Source: Callorhinchus milii (taxonomy: Eukaryota). From it: DNA of 64,000 bases. A program made the translations under genes and the position numbers. Positions 34,441 through 47,109 of this stretch are shown one piece after another. The stretch covers positions 7,194,001 to 7,258,000 of the forward strand of contig NW_024704743.1 in the NCBI RefSeq assembly GCF_018977255.1, in the 5' to 3' direction. The notes below the pieces were generated by a model. The model saw only the letters and a list, made by a program, of their open reading frames with translations. It had not been told where the DNA came from and did not search any database. Positions within the stretch are counted from its first letter, which is position 1; each line of letters begins with the position of its first letter.

Positions 34441-36424
34441 TGAAAGTGATCAAAATATTGAAAAAAAATACAGAAAAACAACTTCAAAACTAAGAATAAA
34501 TTTAAGAATTGCTCAAAATTTGCATGTTCTAAAATGCTAAGACCTACGTCTAGACCCAAGTGAAATTTTTCCCCCAGGGTGGGGATGTTTGTACTGTTCC
34601 AGTGTTGGATCATGTTGAATAGTCAACAGGTGTTGTCCCCTGAGAGACAACCTCTCACAAACCCAATTTGGTCTGGGTGGATAAGCATAGTGGAGACAGG
34701 CCCCCTCCCAGACTGGAGGCCAGGACTTTGACTGACATGTTATACCTTGTTAAGGAAGGATATAGGACCGTAGAATCCACAGGGCAAAGAAAACTTGAAG
34801 AATTTTTCGAAAATCAACAGGTGCCGACAGTTAGACTGCAAATATCAGTGTACATCTTTCCAAATGGCCTGGTGTTCTGGACTGAGGATTGCAGTAAATT
34901 GAAGTGAATATTTCTGAAGGCTCAAGTGCCTTAAAGGCTCTGCCCAGACTTTTGATAGCGTCTGAGTGCTGGCGGGATAGCATGTGTAGCTTCCCTTGTC
35001 ACTCTCATCTGCTGAGCTAGCCGTGTCCATCTGCATAGCACCGTAAGCCACTCAGGCTCTCTGCTGCAGGGAAACCTTTTTGTGTCACAATCGAGCACAA
35101 ATTCCACACGCTAAAGGAAACACAACCTCAATCTCAGGTTTCAATGGAGGCTCTTGAAGATATGAAGGGCAAGGAATCAGATTTAGTGTTGCTCTCTTTA
35201 AGTTGTTTTTGTCGTTGTGATCACAAGTGGTTTATACTCAGTGCTGTTTGTGCGATGCTATATGGGGGGGGGAGGTAGGGGAAGAAGACAAAGGCAAGTT
35301 ATTCAGTTACACACTAGAGTTCCAAAGAGGGAGTTGGCTCTTCAGAGTCTGTTTTCAACAAAGAATTGGAAGTAAAGTGAAAACTTGCAGATAAAAGGAA
35401 CTGGTTAACTGATCTGTTTTGTACACCTGCCAATTGTTGACTTCAATGGGTGAATTGTGTATTTAATTGTATTTAATTTAAATCAAATCGTTGACTTGAA
35501 AATTTGTGAGTCTTTGTGTGGTTCGGGACACCGAGACTATCAAGCTCACGCAGACAGGGGAAAATTAATTTTAAACTTGTATATAGCAATGTGCATGATA
35601 CAGAGAGGTATAGTAACCAATCTGAAGAACAGAATACTGTTTCCTTGTTTTTGCTTCTCACTCACCAACAACCATCTTTCACGTACCTTTTCACCACATA
35701 ACTACATCTGTTTATCTTTTCTCGCATAACTATACCAGACCGATCAAGGACATTAGATAAAGGAAAGACGGCATCTAACAAGGTAACAAAAGTTACATTA
35801 GTACGTTCATCAACGAAATTCCACTTAAGTACAGTACAGGTGTTCAGAAATTTTCTATTATAGGCAAAATACAAAATATTACATCATAATGATTAACTTA
35901 ACAAAATTTCATTAATCATAGACGATGTTGAACTGATTCCAAATAGATGTTTCATTGTGGCAAAACTTAGTAATAGAGTATATGCATCATTTCAATCAGG
36001 GTGCCCTGTTCTACCAGCTTTGACTACAAGGTTGAGAAGGTTTCTCACTTCTCACGCCACATTTGTTGTCCATGTTCACCCAAAACTGCACTCACAACAT
36101 TCCGAATCCCATCCTCATCACAATCAGCAAAACAGCTTAAGCAAACACAATTAAAATTAAGTCTTAAAATACCAATCTAAACTGAAATTCTTTACGAGAA
36201 CACTACACAATGTATTTGTCCTACAATAAAACGTACCTTTTTGACCATGCATACGATCATCTCCTTGCTCTTTCTTGCTCTTTCTTGCTTTCTTGCTCTT
36301 GCTCTTTCCCCGGTGCTTGGCGTCCACACCCACAACTGTTTGGCACTCCAAGATGTCATTTGATGTGAAGGGCGGTATATAAATGTAAGTTGTTTTTATT
36401 GCATCATGTTGTTGTTGGACACTC

Positions 36425-36840
36425 ATAGTCTAGGCCGACACTCTAATGCGTTGCATTGTTCGAGGTGCCGTCCTCTTCAGGCAGATGCTAAAGATCCCAT
36501 GAAACTATTCAAAAAGAGAAGGGAGATTCTTCTGGTGTCCCGTCCAAGAAACCGAATAAAACTGGTCGTTCACTTCTGGCTATTTGTGGGTCGTTGCTGT
36601 GCACAAATTAGCTGCAGCTTTTGCCTACAAATACACAGTCACTTCACAGTAATAATAATAAATAATAATAATCCTTGATTTGGATATAGCTCCTTATCAT
36701 GTCGTTGAGATGTCTTAAAGCACTTCATAGAATATATTGTAAAGTGAATTGACTGTGTATTTTGTGGGTGAAATGCGACAGGCAATTGCACACTGCAGTG
36801 TCCCACAAACAGTCGTGGATTAAGTGATCACATTTTTTTT
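36425..36840. mobile_element. Tail-to-tail SINE pair
   Basis: Deu (+) 36425-36655 and type 2 (-) 36655-36840 meeting at (aat)n. Confidence 0.75.
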
Positions 36841-36904
36841 CACATTAAAGTCCTGTGAAATTTTAAGATGTCTTGACAGCATGATCAATATAAAGTAGTC
36901 ACGA

Positions 36905-37185
36905 ATAGATCAAATAGGGAAGTTAGAAGAAAATTCTTCACACAGAGAGTAGTGGGAATGTGGAACATACTATCCACAAAGAGTTGCTGAGGCAAATGGC
37001 ATAGATGTATTCAAGGGAAAGCTAGATAGGTACATGAGGGAGAAAGGCATAGAAGGTTATGCTTGAAGGCTTAGTTGAGGAAGGGCAGGAGGAGGCTCAT
37101 GTGGAGCATAAACACCGACATAGACCAGTTGAGCCGAATGGCCTGTTTCTGTGCTGTACATTCTAATGCATTCTAATGTAATGTT
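36905..37185 (+). mobile_element. CR1 LINE 3' end
   Basis: ttcttcacacagagagtagtgggaatgtggaac (FFTQRVVGMWN), ttcaagggaaagctagat, tail attctaatg repeats. Confidence 0.9.
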
Positions 37186-37530
37186 TGATAAGGGCCATAT
37201 TAGAAATGCAAGGATTATTTATTATTCTTCATGTGTGAGTCCAGACAGTGAGTCTTATCAGTGTATTAAATAAAAAATAATCTTTGCATCTGGCGTCTGT
37301 AAAGTCAAAACATTTCAAAGGGCTTCATAAGTAACTGGAGTCAAATGTAATGACTGTGTATCCATAGGCAAACATGACAGTCGATCTGTGAACGGTAATG
37401 ATCCACAAACAGCCATGACGTGAATTATCAAGTTATCTGAAGGATTGTCAGGCGCAAATCCTTGACTGTCCAATGTCTTGGGACATCCCCCAACGTGAAA
37501 GGCACTATACAGATGTAAGTTGTTGTTATA

Positions 37531-37678
37531 AACAAAACACAAAATACTGCAGATGCTGGAAATCTGAAAACAGAAACAGAAGGCGCTGGGAACACTCAAC
37601 GGGTCAGGCAGCATCTATGGAGAAAGAAAAGTGAGTCAACGTTTCGGGTCCACAACCCTTCATCAGAACTGTTCTGAT
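37531..37678 (-). mobile_element. Penelope-like element terminal (pseudo-LTR) remnant
   Basis: aaaatactgcagatgctggaaatctgaaa...caggcagcatct...aacgtttcgggtc...cccttcatcagaact, a common chondrichthyan repeat; ends in short inverted repeat atcagaac-t-gttctgat. Confidence 0.7.
37634..37670 (-). ncRNA. Minimal type-I hammerhead ribozyme motif
   Basis: Minus RNA AGUU CUGAUGA A GGGU ugugg ACCC GAAAC GUU GACU: catalytic boxes, 4-bp helix II, 4-bp helix I, palindromic AACGUU in place of helix III. Confidence 0.65.
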
Positions 37679-37819
37679 TTTGTAATTTGTTGTTGTTGTT
37701 TTGTTGTTGACCAGTACACTGGGAGAAGCTCCAATTCTTTCTTCAAATGCTGTTGTAGGAGCTACAACAAAACAGAACTTTGGTTGAATATCTCATCCAA
37801 AGGCTTGACTAACCTCTTT

Positions 37820-37985
37820 TGAAGGAGGGGATTCTAGGTCTCCTTGGAGCTGACCTGCTCTGGGTGACATGCTCGGTAACAGAATGTCAGAAGCACATTC
37901 CGTTAGTTAGTTTTGTTAGTTAAGTTCTTGAGCCAGACAGGTCTGCAGTGCTCCAGAGCAGAACTTGGAGAGGCAGATTTCATAG
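37820..37985 (+). mobile_element. Module D of unassigned family C/D
   Basis: aggtctccttggagctga...caggtctgcag is the reverse complement of 25050-25170. Confidence 0.55.
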
Positions 37986-38844
37986 CCTAGGCTGACATTC
38001 TAGTATAGTACTGGGGAAGTGCTGAGTTGTCAGAGATGCAAATATCTACTTCCCTCTTCCCTAGTGGGCATTCCACATCCTAACAACTCACTATGTGAAA
38101 AGAATTTTTCTTTTCTACCTTGTTAACTCTCTTAAATTAACATCCACTAGTCACTGACTCACTGATCAGTGAAATAATTTTTTCCTATCGACTCTATCAA
38201 AACCCCTCGTGAAAGTAGACTAAGTACCCATAGGTCAAACCACTTACCCCTAGTATTATCCTCTGCACTCTCTATTGTCGTGTATTGTCCTGTTATCCTT
38301 CCTAAAGTGAGTGAAGGGGAGAGAGACATTTAGCATTGTTTCACATGTGTGCCACATCTGGCAATATTTCTACGCATAATAATAATAATAATAATCCTTG
38401 TATTTGATATTGCGCATTATCACGATGTCAGGATTTCTCAAAGCGCTTTGCAGGATTTTACTGTGAAGTGTAGGGACTGTGTCAATTTATGAGAATTCTT
38501 TCATTATAAAATATACATATATTATTATAGTAGCACTTCAGTATAACACTCTAAGATATAAAATCACACATGAGAGGTCAAATCATGCAATGATGGGCCG
38601 TGAACCTTAATGCAGCTGTTAGCACAGGTGAACAGAATATTTAGCTCTGTCCTTGCATGCCAATCAAATGGTGTTTACCTTAAAATATCAGTCAAAAAAT
38701 CCTAAAAATATTAATAAAATTTTGGGAAATGGACAGCAATGAATAGCGATAACAGGTGCTTCAATGAGCTCAGTGAGCTGATTATTGTTTAAATAGTGCA
38801 CTGAGCAGCTGGGAGAGACGCATTGTGTCAAAAATTAACTTATG

Positions 38845-39275
38845 AACAATCCTTGCATTTGATAAGAGTATTTCACATTAGGAAAATATCTCAAAGTACT
38901 TCACAGGATTCTATTGTGAAGTGTAGTGACTTTATGGTATCAGTGAATACAGCAACTAATTTGAGCACAAGCAACTCCCCACAAACAGCAATGTGAATAA
39001 CCTTTTTTTTATCTGGAAAATGGCAAGGACATTGGAAGAAACTCCCTCTCTTTTTGACTAGTGCCATGGGATCTTTAATGTTGACCTGAACAGGCAGTCT
39101 TGTCCTAGCTTAATATCTCATCTGAAGGACAGCACTTCTGACAATGAGGCCTACCCCAGCACTACATTGGAGTGTTAGCCCAGACTATGTGAGTTCAAAG
39201 ACCCAAAATGGCATCTCAACCCACTGTCTTCTGACTCAGAGATGAAAGTGCTACCAACTGAGCCCAGTTGATACC
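38845..39275 (-). mobile_element. DeuSINE, full length
   Basis: Tail, Deu domain and tRNA-like head all present. Confidence 0.85.
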
Positions 39276-39389
39276 TTGGCTAAGCTACAGCAACTCATGT
39301 ACTCTCTGAATCACAAGGGATGTTTTCCAGAAATGCTTAAATGGTCCTCGTGAATCGGGTGAAGTGAACTCTGAAAAGCCCCTCAACAG

Positions 39390-39700
39390 AAAGATTCCTT
39401 CAGCACATCAAGCCCATTCCTCCAATTTATTAAATCATAACTGATCTTTTAATGTAACTTCCTTCAACTTTTCCAATATCCCCTAATATGCCTTTACTTC
39501 TCAAGTTTCAACCCACCTCCCTTTTACAATTGATTCTACCTTAATGGGCATCCGAGGCAATGCATTTGAAACATTCACAATACTCAGTGTGAAGAAATGT
39601 GTTCTGTTCTTACTTCTAACCATCTTTCCTGTGGTTGCTTGTCTTTGTCCTCATTCTCCCTAACGTTCCCCTTATTTGCCAGGTCTTGTCGCCCTTCTAT
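39390..39700 (-). mobile_element. Old CR1 LINE 3' fragment
   Basis: catcaagcccattcctcc...cattcacaatactcagtgtgaagaaat. Confidence 0.6.
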
Positions 39701-39868
39701 TGACATATGAATGCTTTATTCTTGTCTATTTTGTGGGCATGCAGGACACAGACAATGATTAGCACAAAATCAGTCTTGATAAAAGTCTCAGAGGACACTG
39801 ACTGCACAGATTGACTCAAAGTGCAGTTGCACCTTCAAATAGACCCGATTATCCATAAACCTAATTAT

Positions 39869-39965
39869 TCACCAGGTGGCAGGCAAAACACCCCTTAAGT
39901 GATCAAGGCATCAAATCTTTGCTTGAGGATCCCCCAAATTATCCTTTATGACCACTAGGGTGCGA
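39869..39965 (+). promoter_or_regulatory. Two co-oriented CTCF-like motifs
   Basis: TCACCAGGTGGCAG 39869-39882 and CCACTAGGGTGCGA 39952-39965 versus consensus CCASYAGRKGGCRS. Confidence 0.35.
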
Positions 39966-40254
39966 CATGTATGGTATCATGTTCCATCTTTTCAGTGGTC
40001 TGCAAGTTGGCCAGAGATATCATAACCTAGGATCCGATAGCTTGGTCCAAGTTCCCAAGAATCCAACCTTGCCCCCTACAAGGCTCTGAAATACATTTTT
40101 GGACTGAAGATGCCCTCATAATGAAACCCCTTGTTTACATGTGACATTGAGTCTTCTGTTGGAACTGGAATGGCTATGTGTGTAGTCAATGACTCCTTGC
40201 ACTCTGAGGAAAGACATCATTTGCAAAAGTCCTTGCTGCTATCACTTATGAAAT

Positions 40255-40480
40255 TGTTAGGCGATTGGTGGATTGCTTTCCATGGCTAATAATCCATCCC
40301 CCCAAAAAAATATTGGTCACTCAATCCACGTCTGCGTGTGGGACACTGCTGTCCACAACTGCCTGTCGCATTTCGCCCACAAAGTTTACAGTCAATTCAC
40401 TTTACAGTGTGAAGCACTGTGAGATGTCTCAACCACGTGATAAAGCACTATATCAAATGCAAGGATTATTATGATTATTA
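40255..40480 (+). mobile_element. SINE type 2 3' half
   Basis: gattggtggattgcttt...caaatgcaaggattatt. Confidence 0.8.
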
Positions 40481-40665
40481 TGAAATGCAACAGAATGTCT
40501 TAGAATGGAGCAAGCCTTGGTGATTTACGTACTGGGACATTGACCAGTATCTTGGACTCGATCACACTCTGTGGCCAGCCCTACCATTCAGCTTCACTTT
40601 CTCTAAGACCTTTATCAAGACTGAAGAGCCCCAGCTTGTCAATGTGTTCCTCATAGCTTATTTAA

Positions 40666-40823
<158 letters not shown>

Positions 40824-41599
40824 AGTGAGCCAGGTTAGGCCTGCTCATCCCCATTAACACAATCAGACCAAAACTTTGGGAAATAGGGTTGTCCCCACAG
40901 ACAAACCCCAATCGCCCTCAAACTCTTCTCGGCTCCAAATTGGCAAAGGACAATGTGGACCTCAACCATGTCTTCGTGACCATCCAAGCAAGTCAGGTGA
41001 CCGGATGGCCTCTCCGCAGGGCAAGCCCGGTCTGAGTCTAGTGACCAGACTTGGTGCTTGAAACCACAAGCTTCTGACCCAGATGTGAGATTGGGCTAAG
41101 ATGACACCTATGCAGTGGGTTTATAGCTCATTTGTTGTTAGTAGTGAATAAAAGGAATCTTTACACTGAGCAGATACTGAGTCTTAGTTGAATTATGCTG
41201 AGTTACCAGTCTATTCTCAGGTTAAGGAGGAAAATAGTCCAGAGGTGATATTCATTGACCTGAAAGGTGTGGGTGTGTGGATCAGGATAGTATCAGGCTC
41301 AGCTGTACTGAATACCCGACCACCACTCACTTGTTAGCCCTGCAACTGGGTGGAGGGCCAGAGTGTACCGGGTTCTCATGGGGCGGACCGGACCTTAGCA
41401 GATGCCATTACCTTCAGGAAACGAGAGAGAAAGCACACCATGACCTTAAATTGACTGTTCCCTTAATAGTTACAGATGAACTGCACAGAGTTGAAGTGGA
41501 TCTCTTATGTACACACGCTTTTGAAGAAAGGTAAAGGTTGGAACCTATTTTAAAAGCCTTTTGTGTACTGAGTTGAGGAGGTTGACAATGTGTGAGCAA

Positions 41600-42480
41600 A
41601 GGAAGAATGAAAGCCTCTGCATTGTTTCAAAACTCAGAAATTATTTAATCAGGAAGAACATCTTGTAAAGAGGCTGTTGTTACCCATTCAATCCATCCCA
41701 CTGATTATCTTAAATAACTCAAGTGTGTCTCTCGCTCACCCCCCACTTTCAGTCCCCAGGATCGTTTTGACAGTCCTGGAGCCATTTAAAATGATCAGAG
41801 GAAACAGGTTTGACAGTGAGCTGATTAGAAATCTCTGGAAAAGCCCCCTTCGTTGAATGGGATATACTATAACTTTCTTGATCTGTCCTTAGAGGTTTCC
41901 CTGGGGTAAGCTTGACTCTCTGGATATCATTCGCGAGACTGGGTGAAGAGGCCAGGCTCTGAGTGTATTTAAATAACACCCCACCACCCGTTTCCCCCCT
42001 CCATCCCTCCACGCACTCCCTCCCCACCCTCCCCCCTTCCTCCTCTCCCTCCCCCCATCCCCCCTCCCTGCCTCCTCTCTTGTCATTTTTCCCAATTGAA
42101 GCCTTGAATGGCATTCACTAAAACAGACCCCTTCCAGCCTTCCTGTTTCCGACAGCTTTTACTCTGAGGGGTTTGTCTGCAAATAACATAGAAGGAAATA
42201 ATGAAATTTGCAGAGCTTTTTTTAAAAAAAGAGAGAAAGCCCCCAAATTTGCAGACTTTGCAGCCGCTGGCTTCCTGCGTCAGATCAGCCCCTGCATCTG
42301 TGTAGCGCTATATATAAACTGCACACTGCAAACCCATTACGGCGGTGTTTATACATTGACAATGCAAAGGCTTGGGATCTCGTGAGGTCACGGTGAAATG
42401 TCTCAACATTAGACATGCCATTTCATCAGCAATAATTCAAAAGCGTCACCAGTAAATGTCACTTTAATAGTAGCTAACGA
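41600..42480. promoter_or_regulatory. Candidate enhancer/promoter block with C-rich tract
   Basis: TGACAG x2 with TGATTA motifs (41640-41830), C-rich tract 41977-42075, TATATAAA 42311-42318; repeat-free. Confidence 0.45.
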
Positions 42481-42540
42481 GAGTCGATGCACAGAGTTCC
42501 AGAAATTGAAAGAAGACCCACTGAAAGCTGAGCAGGGTCA

Positions 42541-42770
42541 GAGCCCTGGAATTCTCATGGTCTTAGCCTTAAGATCATTGACTTACAATTTAAAATGATT
42601 TTGGAAAAGTCTTAAATTTCGTCCTTAAATTGGAAGCTGATTTGTTTTGAAAATTGTGAGAAAATAGTTTCTAAATTAAAATGGAGTTTAAAAGCATTTT
42701 CTAAATTCCTGCACAATCCTAAATTTTAAGACAAGGCTCTTAGGACTAAGGCTGTGGAAAATTTCAGTCC
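42541..42770. mobile_element. Palindromic MITE-like element, best copy
   Basis: About 105-bp arms are imperfect reverse complements (ctggaattctcatggtcttagccttaaga... / ...tcttaggactaaggctgtggaaaatttcag). Confidence 0.7.
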
Positions 42771-43509
42771 AATGACTTGCTGGAAGAGAAACCTCTAAGA
42801 AAAATAATATGTATCTTATAGTTCCTTCTTCAAACAACCTCTCCAGAGACTTAAGGATGTGTTGAAAGCAAGGATTGTTATTGTTATTATTATTAGAAAA
42901 CCTTCACAATTTCTATGGGGTCAATCATGTGCCGATCATTAATACTTGAGATCTTTACATTATGTGTATGAAATGGGATTTCCCATTAGAAACGCATGAC
43001 CGAAAGATCACCAGTGTTTTTAATCAACGCAAGATAGATGAGAATCCATTTACCTTGTCTGATGGAATACTGTTTCTATTTCCAAAAATTGGCATTTAAT
43101 TGGAGGCCACAAAAGGAAATTAATGAAGAAAGTCCCTGCCCAGCCCATTCCATCACAGTCAAAAAATTGACTCCTTAGACAAGGCTATTGTTTCATTATT
43201 TTATAGGCTTGCATATTGTTGGTTGACATTTTTGACTGTTTGTGGGACACGGGTGGGTGCTAATTGGCTGCCAGGTTCACCCCCAAAATATTTCTGGGTC
43301 TGAAGGTTGTAGATTCAATCTCCATGTTAAATCGGTGCCAATAAGGTCAGCCCTTCTGCCCCATGAAGTTTGCCAGTCTAAAGTTGTATATTGGAGTTTG
43401 ATTGTCAGCTTGCATTATTTCCCCAATCAAATTGTATGTCTTTAAGCTTTTTTTACCTTTTAGTTCAACTAGTTTCTTGTACAGAGAAAAAAAAATCCAT
43501 TAATTTGTT

Positions 43510-43860
43510 AAAGCACCTTTCATGTCAAGAGTTCATCCCAAAGTGATATACTAGGGTATATTGTAAAGTGGAGTGTTTTGTTGGGATGAACACAGCAGCC
43601 AATTTGCACACAGCAGTGTCCCTCAAACAGCCATGAAGTGGGATCTTACTTGGGGCATTGTTGGGCAGAAACTCCTTTCTCTTATCGAATAGCGCCATGG
43701 GATCTTTAATGGCTACCTGAACAGGCAGATGGGTGTTTAATATTTTATTTGAAGGGCAGCACATCCGACAATGTACTAATGTATCCGACATGGGGCTTGA
43801 ACCCACAACCTTATGACTCTGCGGCAAAAGTGCAACCAACTGAGCCAGGCTAACACACAA
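43510..43860 (-). mobile_element. DeuSINE
   Basis: Deu domain and head motifs. Confidence 0.85.
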
Positions 43861-44389
43861 TGATTACCTACTAGGATAAGTTACCAGACAGGGTGATTGA
43901 AGCAAGAAATGCTGAGCTCATTTATGAAATGGCTTGATATTACAATGGGAGGACAGTAGGCTGGAAGAATGAGATCAAATGGGCCAAAGGAATTTCCTCA
44001 TATGAACTTCACTTATGATCTTGTGATGGTCAAAATGAAAAGGATGCCCAATAGAAAGGCTTTTTTTCCAAAAAATAATAATAATCCTTGCTTTTCATAT
44101 AGTACTTATAATCTAAAGAAACACTCAAAGCACTTCACCAATAATTGTCAAGAGTAGCAGTGTTGAAGGCAAAAATATGCAAAATGGCAGCCTTCTGAAT
44201 CATTACAGTATTTCCTTTTTGCACAGTCTTGTGGTCAAACTGGGCCGTCACCCTGGAAAGTAGAGTGCAAAGTGACCATAATAATGCAGGGAGCTCCTCA
44301 GATTACTCGTTACCAATGCCAATGCCTGTGACCTCTACGAACTGGGGCCCCTAAAAACCTACAATCTTTCTTGATCTTACTGCATACCC

Positions 44390-44670
44390 ATAATTATGTA
44401 TAAAAGGCTGCAGCATTAAATCAAGCTAAAAAAAATGTAGGTTTTTAATATAGAGCAGAAGCAGATCCAGAAAAAATAACTCATTATTATTATGGCTTTT
44501 TCTTCGTCTCTGCGTTACTGATGATGAAGTGATAGTTTGTCTTTCTCCATTAAAACAGCAACAGGCTGTAGAAGGCCCAATAGGGTTTGTGGAGCCCTGA
44601 GCTGTGATGGCCTGGCCTGGATTGTGCAAAGGGCTGTAAAAAACTCAGAGAGCTTACAGAGAGGCTGTTT
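44390..44670. promoter_or_regulatory. Candidate conserved non-coding element
   Basis: Repeat-free island with HOX-type TTATGGC and CCATTAAAA motifs. Confidence 0.35.
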
Positions 44671-45707
44671 GCTTACTGATGGTAGAGAAAAGGAGCTTAA
44701 CAACTTGCACTGGCATAGCATCTTTCACAAAGCACAAACACCTTAAAGTACTTAACAAAGCAATACGAACACCAAGCAAGGGAAGGAAGAGAGAAAGATG
44801 GATGATGACCTGAAAAGCACTATTGAAAATACATGTCTACGTTTTTAGGAGGGTTCTGAAAGCAGGAGGATGAAGAGAGGTGAAGAGTTTTGGGAGTGAG
44901 TTGAAGAGGGCAGAGTGTAGTGGTTTAAGGTTCGGCCACTGATGGTGAGACAGAAATTGTGAGAAACAACAATTTGCATTTATATAGCATCCTTCAGGTG
45001 GATAGCATCTCAGAGTGCTTAAGAACTGAGTGGGAGTAGGGAATGGTGGAAGCAGGAAACTAAGGTATTTGGGGGGCTGAGCAGCTTGGATCAGGGAAAG
45101 CAACCAAAATGTAAGAATCAAAGGAGTGGAGAGTGTGAGCAGGAGAATAAAGCTGCAGGAGATTATAGGAAGCAAACATACAAATGCTACAGTCATTCCT
45201 AAATAGAGGTTGGATTAACTGCAACATTTTCATCTATCAATTCTGGGTTTTATATATGATTGGTATTTAAATACCAGAGCAAGGAAGCAATACATGTCTG
45301 TGGAACACATTGGTTAGGGCACAGTTCAAATACATATGTCCCAGATTTGGGTACCTCATTGTAACTTGGAGATTTATTACGGATGATACTAGGGTTGATA
45401 GGTCATAGTTGAGTGGAGAGAGTTAATAATAATAATTACCCTTGCATTTGATGTATCATCTTATCACATTGTCGAAGTGTCTCAAAGCACTTCACAGCAC
45501 TTTACTATGAAGTTTGAAGATTCAAGATTGTGTTAGTAGGCAAACACGCCAGCCACTTTACACACAGCAAATTTGTTTAATGTCTCTTCCGAATGATGAG
45601 CTTAAAAGATGAGTCTGTGTTTTTTGGGGTGTGGAAAAGATTAAGGGGAATCTAATTGAGATATTCAAAGCTATGAATGGATTTAATAAGGTAAATAAAG
45701 AAAAGTG

Positions 45708-46038
45708 TGGAGACCTGTAGCTCAGTGGTTAGAGCACTCGCTTTGCAAGTGAGAGACCTGAGTTCAATTCCAGGCAGAGGGTGAAACCTTGGGCAAGTTT
45801 CCTTACTCCACACAGAGCCTAATAATAATCCCTCCAAAAACTAAAAACAATAATTAAATTGGTCATTTTCAATCTACGACTGTTTGTGGGACATTGCTGT
45901 GCGCAATTGGCTGCCGCGTTCGCCCACAAATATACAGTCAATTCACTTTACAGTGTGTTCTGTGAAGCGCTTTGGGACGTCCTCCCGACGTGAAAAGCGC
46001 TATATCAAATGCAAGGATTATTATTATTATTATTATTA
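45708..46038 (+). mobile_element. tRNA-headed SINE type 2 inserted in old CR1
   Basis: Head gtagctcagtggttagagcactcgctttgcaagtgagag...gagttcaattcc (tRNA-Ala-like, A/B boxes); CR1 motifs flank both sides. Confidence 0.9.
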
Positions 46039-47109
46039 AAACATAATTCCACTGATCAGGTACTGAGTAACAAAATGGCGCGAATCGAAGATTTTAATTA
46101 GAAGACAAAAGCGGGCGAATTGGAATTTATTTTGCACAGAGGATTGTTAAATGCCTTTACCAATGGTACCAAAGTTTATTCAAGATGATTTAATACAGCA
46201 TTTATACAGGTTGAACAGCACAGAAACAGGCCATTTGGCCCAACTAGTCAAAAACAACAAATTGCATCCCAGGGCACTTAGTTCATGCTGGAAAAAAGCT
46301 GTATCAGCCAGGAATTCAACCTGGCTTACAAGATAGTAATCTTATAAGACAAAACAGCATTTAATAGGGAATTGAGTAAATACTTGAGGAAAAATCATAT
46401 TAAAGCAGGGGAGTGGGATTAGAGCAGATAGTTCCAATGGAGGAACTCACACAAGCACAGACACAATAGGCCAAATGGATTATTGGTGTACAATTTCTAC
46501 GACTCTATGATTCTATGAAACAGGTTGCGTATTTTGTGATGGGAGTTTTATGTGATGAAATACTTTTTCCTTTATGTACTATGCATATAATATGACAGGT
46601 GATACAGTTGAGCATTGGTCACTCTGAATGCTATTGCTCGCAAGCTCCAAAAGTAACTATTTGAAATAATAATAATTCGTGCATTTGATATAGCGCTTTT
46701 CACGTCTTCTATATGTCTCAAAATTGCTTTACAGAATAAAGTGAATTGACTGTATTCAAGATGGTTTCATACAGCATTTACATAGGATAAACAGCACAGA
46801 ACCAGACCATTTGGCCTAACTGGTCAACAACAAAAACAACAACTTTTGTCCCAGAGCGCTGGAAAAAGCCGTATCAGCCAGGAATATTAGGTTAAAAAGT
46901 AGGTATTCCTGGATTTCTATTTGTGGAAAAAACGCCCACAAATATAAATCCAGGAATACATAGTTTTTAGCCTAATATTTTGTTCTCATATTTGGGGAAA
47001 GGAAGGAATTGAGAAAGTTCTCTAGGAAGACTTTTAAGACTTTGTAAAATAATAATTGTTGTTGTCCATAAATTAGCTGCAGACACAGTGATGAGACTTC
47101 ACAGTAACA

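Noticed and set aside
34668..34907. Protein-like 79-aa ORF
   Set aside because: Non-ATG start, no convincing flanking splice sites, no recognised homology; a TBLASTX hit would reopen it.
45708..45785. tRNA-Ala-like gene (also 27970 and 31395)
   Set aside because: Acceptor stem not closed and sequence continues into SINE body: SINE heads, not tRNA genes.
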